Below, in pieces: positions 47,210 to 55,586 of a DNA stretch of 64,000 bases. Both the position numbers and the translations under genes were made by a program. The stretch lies in IMG/VR virus record IMGVR_UViG_3300044846_004358; one strand, given 5' to 3'. Source of the stretch: an uncultured virus (IMG/VR IMGVR_UViG_3300044846_004358). Taxonomy: Duplodnaviria > Heunggongvirae > Uroviricota > Caudoviricetes. Under the pieces are notes generated by a model. The model did no database searches. It was not told the DNA's origin and saw only the letters and a program-made list of their open reading frames with translations. Positions within the stretch are counted from its first letter, which is position 1. Each line of letters starts with the position of its first letter.

Positions 47210-48910
47210 TTACTTCTTTATCATTGTTTGGATTGTCTCGTGTAAGGATGATAGGTGTTTTATCCTTATGGTATATTTTCCTGATGGAATATTGGAGGTA
47301 TTAATCGAAACATAATTTCCACAAGTTTGACAACTTACATTATATTGAAATACTTTCTGTCCTAATATATTAATGACTTGTATCTCCAATTCTTCATTTT
47401 GTTCACTTTCGTAAGTATAAATTAATGAATCTTCAAATGGGTTGGGATAAACTTTGGATTCTATTTGGTTTTTTGTTTCTAAATAAATGATTGAGGAATA
47501 TGAAAAGGTTTCATCTAAATCTACCATTTTTAATCTATAATAATTTGAACCACTATAAGGTGAGTTATCTATAAAGTTGTAACTTTTGGATGGGTCAGTT
47601 TCCACAATACCTATTTTAATAAAATCATATCCATTGTTACTTCTCTCTATTTCAAAGTGTGAACTATTAATTTCTTGTTCTGTTAACCAGTACAAATGAT
47701 TTTCTCTACCTTCATTGTGACCATCAAAGGTTGCTAAGTAAATTGGTAATATACAATTGGGGTCAACAAAAACATTTACCATTGCTCTTGAACTAATACA
47801 ACCATTCAGTTCCGCCTCAGCATAAAATGGTGTATTATTAAGTAAGGGCGATGTTGTATAACTATATCCAGTACCTAACAATGTTCCACTTGTTGAAGCA
47901 TCGTACCATTGTAATGTTCCAATATTTGATGAACCATATAACACAGCAAAATCACTTGGACATATTGTAGTATCAGGATTTAATGTTGGTATATTTGGTA
48001 TTGGTTTAACCACAACATTAGTTGAAGAGGTTGAACTACAAGTATTTCTCGTACCCAAACCATTAATCATACCATTGTATGTACCAGTTACAGAATATGA
48101 TGTTGTTGAGGTGGGTGTAAATGAAACACCATTAGATATACCACCATCCCAAACATAAGTATTAGCGCCTGATGCCGTTAATGTGGTTGGTGTACCATCA
48201 CATACACTATTAACACCATTTATTGTAATTGTTGGTGTTGGTATTATTTCGATAAGTTCAACATTATCAATCCAAAACTCTTCACCAGCTGAATTGGCAC
48301 GACAATATAAATCCACAGCAACCTGAGTGATGTTTGGTTGTAGATTCAAAGTAATTGTGGAAGGGCCAGTTGTTGTTGCTCCCGCTGGTGCCTGATAAAC
48401 ATCACCAGTTGGTGCTGCTGAGTTTGTGAATGTTCCGTTTGCTGTATGTGTAATTGTACCTGTTGAAGTATATGGCCAAGTAGCATTTGAGTTACCAGTT
48501 ATTCTTAATTCTGTCACATAAGAAACACCCCCATTTGTTGAAACTTGAACACTCAAATAATCTGCAACATCTAATCCTCTAGTTGTTGCAGTAGAATTAG
48601 AAAAGGTATAAGAAGCTAATCTAAACTTTAGTTGATATGAATATGCGGGATTTAATCCGGTAATATTAGGTAGAGAATACCAATCTTGTTCAATTGCTGA
48701 AGTACCATTACCTGAACCATAAATTACAGCACTAATATTTGCCGATACTGAAGCATTCGTAAAAAAACCAGTAGTTAAAGCTGGTGTCCACCAATCACCG
48801 AACCAAGTAAAGGTTTCCATATTGTCATAATAAACGGTGGATGTACAAGATTGTGTATAAACATTAACACTGAATAACACAGAGAGAATAAACAATAATA
48901 TTTTTTTCAT
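47210..48910 (-). CDS. Secreted Thr-rich Ig-like protein with T9SS type-A C-terminal sorting domain
   Basis: Signal peptide; Ig-like repeats (C.G...TLTASGA.TY.W); LPI.L..F...W.T.QE.N...F.IERS; KVYPNPF...INILGQ...PSGKYTIRI...IKK. Confidence 0.88.
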   Translation of the reverse strand: MKKILLFILSVLFSVNVYTQSCTSTVYYDNMETFTWFGDWWTPALTTGFFTNASVSANISAVIYGSGNGTSAIEQDWYSLPNITGLNPAYSYQLKFRLASYTFSNSTATTRGLDVADYLSVQVSTNGGVSYVTELRITGNSNATWPYTSTGTITHTANGTFTNSAAPTGDVYQAPAGATTTGPSTITLNLQPNITQVAVDLYCRANSAGEEFWIDNVELIEIIPTPTITINGVNSVCDGTPTTLTASGANTYVWDGGISNGVSFTPTSTTSYSVTGTYNGMINGLGTRNTCSSTSSTNVVVKPIPNIPTLNPDTTICPSDFAVLYGSSNIGTLQWYDASTSGTLLGTGYSYTTSPLLNNTPFYAEAELNGCISSRAMVNVFVDPNCILPIYLATFDGHNEGRENHLYWLTEQEINSSHFEIERSNNGYDFIKIGIVETDPSKSYNFIDNSPYSGSNYYRLKMVDLDETFSYSSIIYLETKNQIESKVYPNPFEDSLIYTYESEQNEELEIQVINILGQKVFQYNVSCQTCGNYVSINTSNIPSGKYTIRIKHLSSLHETIQTMIKK

Positions 48911-48962
48911 ATAAATTAAAATTAGTTAGTCACAATATAGGATAAAAAAGTTGTATAGACAA

Positions 48963-49988
48963 CTACAAATACTTTTTTAATATTTCATTTATATTTTCAC
49001 TTACCCTAGTCGAACTAGGATAATCTGAGATTCTAAATGATAATGGTTCAAAGGCATTACAACCAATACCTTCTCTAATCAAATACGAATAATCACCCAA
49101 ACCATCTATATCATAACATCGAGCATTATTTACATATTGTTTGATTAATCTTGGTAAAACATCAGTTACTTTGAGTTTTGTATAATAACTATCTCTAAAC
49201 TTGAACTCAATTGGTTCAGCATCAATATCAATGAACTCACCTCTCAATTCATTCCAAACTTTATCATAATATTCATCTCTATAAGCATCGTTATAACTAT
49301 TAGTGTAAATATTAGTTAAATAATCACCTGTTTCACTTAAATCATATTGGAATAGATAATTCATTATATCATCATCACTGAACAAATCCAAAACATTGTC
49401 TTGAGTGATGGTTATTTCGTAATCACCCTCGTAATCACTACTCTCACTTTCAGTTCCAATTCTTTCAATCATATCATTTACTCTTCTACTTGGAATTATA
49501 AATGGAACATTAGCATATCTATCAACAATATAATCTCTAACATATTTCTTATTTTCTTCTGTCAAGTCATCATAAACTTCGGTCATAAGATTGATATCAC
49601 CTTTATAAAAATAAAATGGTTCCCAATAATCTTCCTTGAATACACCTTCAGCTATATCACGAGGTGAGAAATCTCGACCTCTAGTACTGAACCATTCACC
49701 CATATCATCCAAATATCTCAATTCATAATAATAATCTTTACCATCGTAACTTAAACTACCCATACCTCTAATGATTTCGTCCATTGCTTTCTTTTCATAA
49801 CCATTATTAATCAGATACAAATAATAATCATTTGTCAAATCAGTATCACCCAATTTAAATTCTTCAATAGCACCACCCCACTTCAAATAATCCAATAGTT
49901 TTTCAAAGTTATCGTTGAAGAATGGTAAAACTGACTCAATTCCCTCGTTGTTGATTTTATTTAATACTTTCTCTACTTTAGGGTTCAT
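48963..49988 (-). CDS. Acidic hypothetical protein
   Basis: Start moved to MNPK after the TATTTAT motif (50007-50013). Confidence 0.72.
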   Translation of the reverse strand: MNPKVEKVLNKINNEGIESVLPFFNDNFEKLLDYLKWGGAIEEFKLGDTDLTNDYYLYLINNGYEKKAMDEIIRGMGSLSYDGKDYYYELRYLDDMGEWFSTRGRDFSPRDIAEGVFKEDYWEPFYFYKGDINLMTEVYDDLTEENKKYVRDYIVDRYANVPFIIPSRRVNDMIERIGTESESSDYEGDYEITITQDNVLDLFSDDDIMNYLFQYDLSETGDYLTNIYTNSYNDAYRDEYYDKVWNELRGEFIDIDAEPIEFKFRDSYYTKLKVTDVLPRLIKQYVNNARCYDIDGLGDYSYLIREGIGCNAFEPLSFRISDYPSSTRVSENINEILKKYL

Positions 49989-50029
49989 AATTAATTTAAT
50001 ATCATTATAAATATTTATATAAGAACAAT

Positions 50030-50380
50030 ATGCACCCAGTATTACATGCAAAATCTTCGGTAAAGAAATTCGGTGGGAAATGGGAAGATTATATCCATAT
50101 CCATAATTGGTTCGATGAAACCAAAGCATGGGTTGGACACTCAGACCACAGAGTTTTTAGACATCATAGTGAAGGAATATTTGAATGTGAAAAGATATTC
50201 GGCCCCACATTTATAAACTCCGATAACAAGATTGTTTATACAAGATATGTTGGAGAACAGCATGTGAAAGAAGATTGTTATAATTATATACCAAGTGCAA
50301 GAGAGTTCCTAAAAGCATTAACTGAAAAAGATAAACCAATCTGGATACTAAGAGTACTAGATATAGAAATAGACGATTAA
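50030..50380 (+). CDS. Conserved hypothetical protein (DUF6915-like, from memory)
   Basis: HP..HA.SS.KKFGG..EDY..IH.WFDETK...HR..RHHSEGIF. Confidence 0.6.
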   Translation: MHPVLHAKSSVKKFGGKWEDYIHIHNWFDETKAWVGHSDHRVFRHHSEGIFECEKIFGPTFINSDNKIVYTRYVGEQHVKEDCYNYIPSAREFLKALTEKDKPIWILRVLDIEIDD

Positions 50381-50381
50381 A

Positions 50382-51074
50382 ATGGAATTAACAAAAGAAC
50401 AAAAAAAGGTTTTAGAAGTATTCTCAATGTATGCAAGAGGATATGGTAAAAAGAAAGTTTCAGCATGGGGTTCAATCGAAGGATGTGAATTATATTTTGA
50501 TGTAAAAACTTTTAATGATGAAGAAGGTGGTTCAGATTTAGATAGTTACCCAAAGATTTCAACATTATTAAAAGGAATCGCAAATGAATTAAGTCAAGAA
50601 GCTTTAGATTCTATGGATGATTGTGATGGTTATGGTGAAATTAAGTTTTTAATTGATTGTGTTGAAAAAGATTTAACAATACAAGTTTATGAAAATGTCC
50701 GTTCTTCAACTGAGGATGGTAGTAGTGATGAAATACCAAGTGATGTTCATTTTAGAGGTCTGATTGAATATATGAAAAAGAATGGATACTCAATTGGTCA
50801 TGTATATTTCAATGGTGGTGGTGATAGTGGTTATATTGAAAACAACATTGATTTTAGTGGTGGTGGAAGTGGAAGAGCTCCATTAGATAGATTTGGTAAA
50901 GTTGAAGATTTTCTTTATGATATGTTACATAATTTACTACCAGGGTGGGAAATTGATTCAGGTTCTTCAGGTTCATTTGAAATAAATCTTAATGATAATA
51001 TGATTTATCTTTCAATAAATGTTTATGACTATGAAATGCAACTAGTCGCCACTTTATTAAGAACTGAGTTCTAA
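50382..51074 (+). CDS. Conserved hypothetical protein (DUF6878-like, from memory)
   Basis: F.GGGDSG.IE and GWEID.GS.G motifs. Confidence 0.55.
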   Translation: MELTKEQKKVLEVFSMYARGYGKKKVSAWGSIEGCELYFDVKTFNDEEGGSDLDSYPKISTLLKGIANELSQEALDSMDDCDGYGEIKFLIDCVEKDLTIQVYENVRSSTEDGSSDEIPSDVHFRGLIEYMKKNGYSIGHVYFNGGGDSGYIENNIDFSGGGSGRAPLDRFGKVEDFLYDMLHNLLPGWEIDSGSSGSFEINLNDNMIYLSINVYDYEMQLVATLLRTEF

Positions 51075-51087
51075 AAATACAAAACCC

Positions 51088-51618
51088 TCACACCTGAGGG
51101 TTTTTTTTATCATACTGATATAACTTGTACTTTTTAATAATCGATGTCAATGTATTTGTATATGTATTCGATGTTGCATATCCACACCTTTTAAGATTTC
51201 TAACCCAACATTTCCAATCATCCCCACACTCTCTACATCTCTTATATCTCTTTCCCATCAGGAACTGAGAATGGTCACGGAAACTATACCAATTACTTTC
51301 ATAAACCTTAAACCTGTCAGTTGGTTTATCATCAGCAAACCTTTTGGAGTTTTTATAATTACATCCACTAAAACACTTAATACCAAAATGATTGTTGGTT
51401 TTCTTGGTTAGGTCAGATTGACCACTCCTCGATTCCAATATACCCTGAGCCAGAGTAACAGATGCGGGAATACCAAACTTCTTGTGTTCGTAAACTGCAA
51501 CCTTTTTGAACCTATCAATGTATTGTTCAGTTGGTGTTAACTTCTTTTCAACAACTTTTTTAGGTTTTAGATATGGAATAAATAAAAGGAGGGGAATAAA
51601 ATAAATAATTCTTTTCAT
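51088..51618 (-). CDS. GH73 glucosaminidase (second copy)
   Basis: GIPASVTLAQGILES..G, NNHFGIKC, SFRDHS, GYAT; TATATTTG motif at 51642-51649. Confidence 0.9.
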   Translation of the reverse strand: MKRIIYFIPLLLFIPYLKPKKVVEKKLTPTEQYIDRFKKVAVYEHKKFGIPASVTLAQGILESRSGQSDLTKKTNNHFGIKCFSGCNYKNSKRFADDKPTDRFKVYESNWYSFRDHSQFLMGKRYKRCRECGDDWKCWVRNLKRCGYATSNTYTNTLTSIIKKYKLYQYDKKNPQV

Positions 51619-51673
51619 ATCGTGTAAGTTTGGTTCTTTCACAAATATAAAAAGAATTAGTTAAATTGGAAAT

Positions 51674-52117
51674 TTATTTTAGGAACTTTAACTTGTAAAG
51701 CGTAGAATTAATCAAAGTGCAAACATTATCAATTTCATTCTGTAACCAACTATCTTTACAACAATCTCTTAACTGAGTTACTTTATCACAAAGTTTCTCG
51801 AAATAACCTATTGTATTTTCATTACCTTTGTATTCATTGAACGGGAAGTTTTTATATCCTTTTATAATCCCATATTTTCCTTGGTAAGCTTCAACAATTG
51901 TATCAACTAAACCATCAATTCCTTCGTAATATTTTTGTAATGCTTTGTGTTCAGCATATGATTCTGTTTGTAGATGATAGGTGTGTGCTTGTGTTTGTGA
52001 GTGCATCAAAATTGATATCATTTCCACAAAATCAGTGTTAGTTTTTTCTTCTTGCTCAACCATTAAACCTCTTTTCTTAGCCTCTTCGAATACTGTTTTT
52101 TTTATTTTGTCTTCCAT
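51674..52117 (-). CDS. Ferritin/Dps-like four-helix protein
   Basis: H..H...H....SYAEHKAL..YY......D...EAYQG; QNEID...LI..T.YKL. Confidence 0.7.
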   Translation of the reverse strand: MEDKIKKTVFEEAKKRGLMVEQEEKTNTDFVEMISILMHSQTQAHTYHLQTESYAEHKALQKYYEGIDGLVDTIVEAYQGKYGIIKGYKNFPFNEYKGNENTIGYFEKLCDKVTQLRDCCKDSWLQNEIDNVCTLINSTLYKLKFLK

Positions 52118-52155
52118 TATTTTTTTTTTATTTATAAATATACCACTAAAATAAA

Positions 52156-52179
52156 AAAGGAGATATCTCTATCTCCTTT
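52156..52179. terminator. Intrinsic terminator
   Basis: AAAGGAGATA-TCTC-TATCTCCTTT. Confidence 0.7.
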
Positions 52180-52225
52180 AGGACCGATTAAGGACTCCAC
52201 CACCTTATTTTTCTAAACAAGGAAA

Positions 52226-52354
52226 CTACTTGTGGCTACAACTATCTGTTTCTACTTTGTGACAAGTTTTCTCAGTTTTTTGACAACAAGTTTTTTTCGC
52301 AGGACAACAAGCAACCATAAAAGTCAAACATAGTCCGAATAACAATAATCTCAT
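52226..52354 (-). CDS. Small Cys-rich putative lipoprotein (42 aa, not in ORF track)
   Basis: Hand translation MRLLLFGLCLTFMVACCPAKKTCCQKTEKTCHKVETDSCSHK. Confidence 0.6.
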   Translation of the reverse strand: MRLLLFGLCLTFMVACCPAKKTCCQKTEKTCHKVETDSCSHK

Positions 52355-52375
52355 TTTTGATTTGGTTTAAACATT

Positions 52376-52651
52376 TTATTTTGTGACGAGAGCTTCAATC
52401 TTTGATTTAACAATCTCACTCATTCCATAAGTATCAAGTTTTGTTGTTACAATTGAATCAACAAGTTTAGTATAGGGAATGTGAATCATAAAGTCAACTC
52501 CGTTGAAGAATGTCAAATTAGTTTTCAGTTCTAATGCACCATTAATCATTTTCAAGAATAACTTGAATTGTATTCCATCAACAAAGTTCTCGTTCAATAA
52601 TACACCAAACTTTTCGTTTTCAATTCTTACATTATAATTTATTGTATTCAT
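52376..52651 (-). CDS. Hypothetical protein
   Basis: 91-aa ORF. Confidence 0.7.
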   Translation of the reverse strand: MNTINYNVRIENEKFGVLLNENFVDGIQFKLFLKMINGALELKTNLTFFNGVDFMIHIPYTKLVDSIVTTKLDTYGMSEIVKSKIEALVTK

Positions 52652-52911
52652 AATTGTGCTTTTAATTTTTCATAATCAAACTTACTAACAAAATCCATCG
52701 CATCATCCAACTCATCCCATCTTTTCTTTATCCACAATGAGTTCCAATATGCGTCATCCTTTGTTCGGTGAGCTAAGATATACCAAGATAAACCTGAACG
52801 AATGATTTCAATGTTGAAGTGGTTTTTTCTGCAACACCAACTCAATCCTCTATTACATCTATCTCCGTATTTTTGTGTGAATGTCGTTTTGTTAAATACC
52901 TTTTTTACCAT
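52648..52911 (-). CDS. Hypothetical protein
   Basis: 87-aa ORF. Confidence 0.65.
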   Translation of the reverse strand: MVKKVFNKTTFTQKYGDRCNRGLSWCCRKNHFNIEIIRSGLSWYILAHRTKDDAYWNSLWIKKRWDELDDAMDFVSKFDYEKLKAQL

Positions 52912-53321
52912 TTTGATTTTGATTGAAGTTCCCTTTCAATATCTCTATTCTTAATAGATTCACGCTTATCGTAAAGTTTTTTTCCTTGTGCTAACACAAT
53001 TTCAACTTTGACAAAACCTCTATCATTAATATAGATTTTGGTTGGGACTATTGTTAAACCATTAATTAACTTTGACTTTAACCTTTTGAGTTCTACTTTC
53101 TTTAACAAGAGTTTTCGTTCCCTTTTGCTATCATCATTACCCAAAGATATAAAAATATTTTTAACCCACAAATCATTATCCTTAAAAAAACAATAAGTGT
53201 CGGTTAAATTAACATTTCCCTGACGAATACCTTTAACTTCCATTCCTGTCAATACAATGCCGGCCTCGTAAGTTTCAAGGAAGTTATATTCAAATCTGGT
53301 TTTCTTGTTTTCAATCTTCAT
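52905..53321 (-). CDS. smpB: SsrA-binding protein SmpB
   Basis: NKK.RFEY..LETYEAGIVLTG.EVK.IR, R.RKLLL.K, GLTIVP, GKKLYDKRE.IK.RD; exact start ambiguous. Confidence 0.92.
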   Translation of the reverse strand: MKIENKKTRFEYNFLETYEAGIVLTGMEVKGIRQGNVNLTDTYCFFKDNDLWVKNIFISLGNDDSKRERKLLLKKVELKRLKSKLINGLTIVPTKIYINDRGFVKVEIVLAQGKKLYDKRESIKNRDIERELQSKSKW

Positions 53322-53541
53322 CTTCATCATCATATTCTACTTCCCAATTGGCTTCGTAGTATTTGTTTTTAATATACTTTTCCAATAGTTCAGCGGTTTC
53401 CAAATATTGATTTCTCAACTTGTGGAACTCTTCATCCTCTATTTCTTCAAAACTAGAGAAATGTTTGAAACAATAATGAAATTCTTCATCTCTCATTTTG
53501 GCGTGAAGATATGTCCAATTTTCAGCTTCGTGTGCTTTCAT
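53311..53541 (-). CDS. Hypothetical protein
   Basis: 76-aa ORF. Confidence 0.65.
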   Translation of the reverse strand: MKAHEAENWTYLHAKMRDEEFHYCFKHFSSFEEIEDEEFHKLRNQYLETAELLEKYIKNKYYEANWEVEYDDEDED

Positions 53542-53545
53542 ATTT

Positions 53546-53791
53546 TTATTGATTTACTAGTTCGTAATTTTCTGTGCTCAACAATTTTAATACCTTTTTT
53601 TCACTGGTTGTATTGATAGCGGGTCTTGTAGCAATGTCATATATATTTTTGGAGAATATTACATTGAACTTCAAAGTGTTCTTATAATAATATCTTGTTA
53701 CATTAATATACTCACCATTTGGATTAACAAAGATACCATTGTTTTTCCCTTTTAAAATTTGTCCCAATGTTTGATTGATTGTGTTGTTCAT
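53546..53791 (-). CDS. Hypothetical protein
   Basis: 81-aa ORF. Confidence 0.62.
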   Translation of the reverse strand: MNNTINQTLGQILKGKNNGIFVNPNGEYINVTRYYYKNTLKFNVIFSKNIYDIATRPAINTTSEKKVLKLLSTENYELVNQ

Positions 53792-53845
53792 ATCTCCTTG
53801 TTTTTTTGTTGAAACGAAGATAAGAAAAGAAATTGGAATAAAAAA

Positions 53846-54664
53846 TTATTTCAATGAAGAAAATATATGAGAAATTACATCCACAGTCCAACCATTACCA
53901 ATCATCTTATACCTTTCAGTATTATTAACCACAGAGGTATATCCTTCAGGTATTGTTTGCAATCTCTCAAACTCATCAGCGGTCAATAATCTACATAAAC
54001 TTTTATCCTCATTGAACAAATACTGATTGGTATGACAATTTTTGGTGGTTAAACAATTTGATTTGTCATTACATACCCAATTCACTCCCTTCTCAATTCT
54101 AGGTTTGTTTCCCCACTTATTATAAAAACATTTTGGTATTTCTCTGAACTCTGAATTACCCAACACATCATTCAATTTGATATTTCTATTTTCTGGTTGA
54201 GTTACATTAGGAATATTTGTCCAATATAATCTTTCTCTGTTTTGAGCTGATACCAAATTACTATTAATTGAAATTGGTTCAACTCCCATCTCTTTTGTTA
54301 TGATGTCTTCCCATTCCTTTTTCATCTTAACATTTTCTAATAGAAAATATTTGGGTTTAACTTCATTCAATATTCTTACATATTCCCAAAATAATCCACT
54401 CTTTCCATCAAATCCTGTTCTATTACCAGCAGATGAAAAACTTTGACAAGGACTACCACCAAATAATAAATCAATACTAGGTAAATCACTACCTTTGATT
54501 TTGGTAATGTCACCAAGTTGAATTGTATTTGGATAGTTGTGTTGGGTTACTTTAATTGCGTGCTGGTCAATCTCTGAAGCATAATAGTTGTCATATTTTA
54601 TTCCAACTTTGTTTAATGCTATTTGACCACAGGACATTCCATCGAAAAGGCTCAGTATATTCAT
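53846..54664 (-). CDS. C5-cytosine DNA methyltransferase
   Basis: LSLFDG, EID, GGSPCQ, LENV, Q.RER.YW, ERLQT, GNGW. Confidence 0.92.
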   Translation of the reverse strand: MNILSLFDGMSCGQIALNKVGIKYDNYYASEIDQHAIKVTQHNYPNTIQLGDITKIKGSDLPSIDLLFGGSPCQSFSSAGNRTGFDGKSGLFWEYVRILNEVKPKYFLLENVKMKKEWEDIITKEMGVEPISINSNLVSAQNRERLYWTNIPNVTQPENRNIKLNDVLGNSEFREIPKCFYNKWGNKPRIEKGVNWVCNDKSNCLTTKNCHTNQYLFNEDKSLCRLLTADEFERLQTIPEGYTSVVNNTERYKMIGNGWTVDVISHIFSSLK

Positions 54665-54701
54665 AATGGAAAATATAAGAAATAATCTTCATAAAAAAAA
54701 G

Positions 54702-54730
54702 AAACCCCACCTTTTTTTGAGATGGGGATT
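54702..54730. terminator. Intrinsic terminator (CCCCAC family)
   Basis: AAACCCCAC...ATGGGGATT. Confidence 0.65.
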
Positions 54731-54741
54731 TTTTCTTAAAC

Positions 54742-55191
54742 TTAAAAAGTCATAGTACCTAAAAAATTTTTATCGTTATCATACAAATTAACACTTTGTA
54801 GATTACCTGCACTCCATGCTCCTTTTACCCCTCCCCATTTCCAAACACCATTATAATATGGAACATTTTTTTTAGATACCCAATTTGCTAAATATTGTAA
54901 CTCAACCACAGGTCCGTTGTATTTGTCATCATTAGGCATTATAGTTGTTTCCATAACAACTTCATTCTTATCAGAAAAAAACCTAATGTTCCCATTTCTA
55001 GTATCATATTTCCAAGTTCCTTGGGGGCAATATCTATCCCAAGGGTCCGTTGGTTCTGGACATTCATTTTGTTTATTCATTGCCCATTTTTTAAAATCTT
55101 CTAAAGTTTTTCCACTTATTGATTGTTCGTTAATTACTCTTTTAATCAATCTAACTAAATCACTTTCAGTTAATCTTACTATCTTTTTCAT
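54742..55191 (-). CDS. Hypothetical protein with class-A leader
   Basis: Start moved to MKKIVRLTESDLVRLIKRVINE. Confidence 0.8.
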   Translation of the reverse strand: MKKIVRLTESDLVRLIKRVINEQSISGKTLEDFKKWAMNKQNECPEPTDPWDRYCPQGTWKYDTRNGNIRFFSDKNEVVMETTIMPNDDKYNGPVVELQYLANWVSKKNVPYYNGVWKWGGVKGAWSAGNLQSVNLYDNDKNFLGTMTF

Positions 55192-55586
55192 CGTTTTTTT
55201 TTCAATTTTATTAATATTAATCCGTTTTTCAAATATTTTTCCATCCACATTTTTTGGATTCTATTTTCGTTGAAGAATGGCCAAGAAATATTATTGCTGT
55301 CATCTATGAACGTATGTACTTTTCTAATTAATGTCATGTCCCTATCGTCTTCATTAAGTTTTATTATATCAACATTTTCATTATTAAAGAATTTAAAGGC
55401 ATCTTCAATTTCAGGATAATCTGACAATTTTACTTTTTCATCATTTTCATTAAACATTGTATTCGGACCATACCAATCTGGAATATAATAAAAATACTCG
55501 TATTCATTCATATTTCTTTTTTCATTAATAACTCTTTTAACCAATCTAACTAAATCACTTTCAGTTAATCTTACTATCTTTTTCAT
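55188..55586 (-). CDS. Hypothetical protein with class-A leader
   Basis: MKKIVRLTESDLVRLVKRVINE. Confidence 0.8.
   Translation of the reverse strand: MKKIVRLTESDLVRLVKRVINEKRNMNEYEYFYYIPDWYGPNTMFNENDEKVKLSDYPEIEDAFKFFNNENVDIIKLNEDDRDMTLIRKVHTFIDDSNNISWPFFNENRIQKMWMEKYLKNGLILIKLKKKR

Noticed and set aside
52141..52225. Possible tRNA or tmRNA near smpB, and at 56080-56150
   Set aside because: Only terminator-like hairpins; no cloverleaf, T-loop or CCA end recognisable
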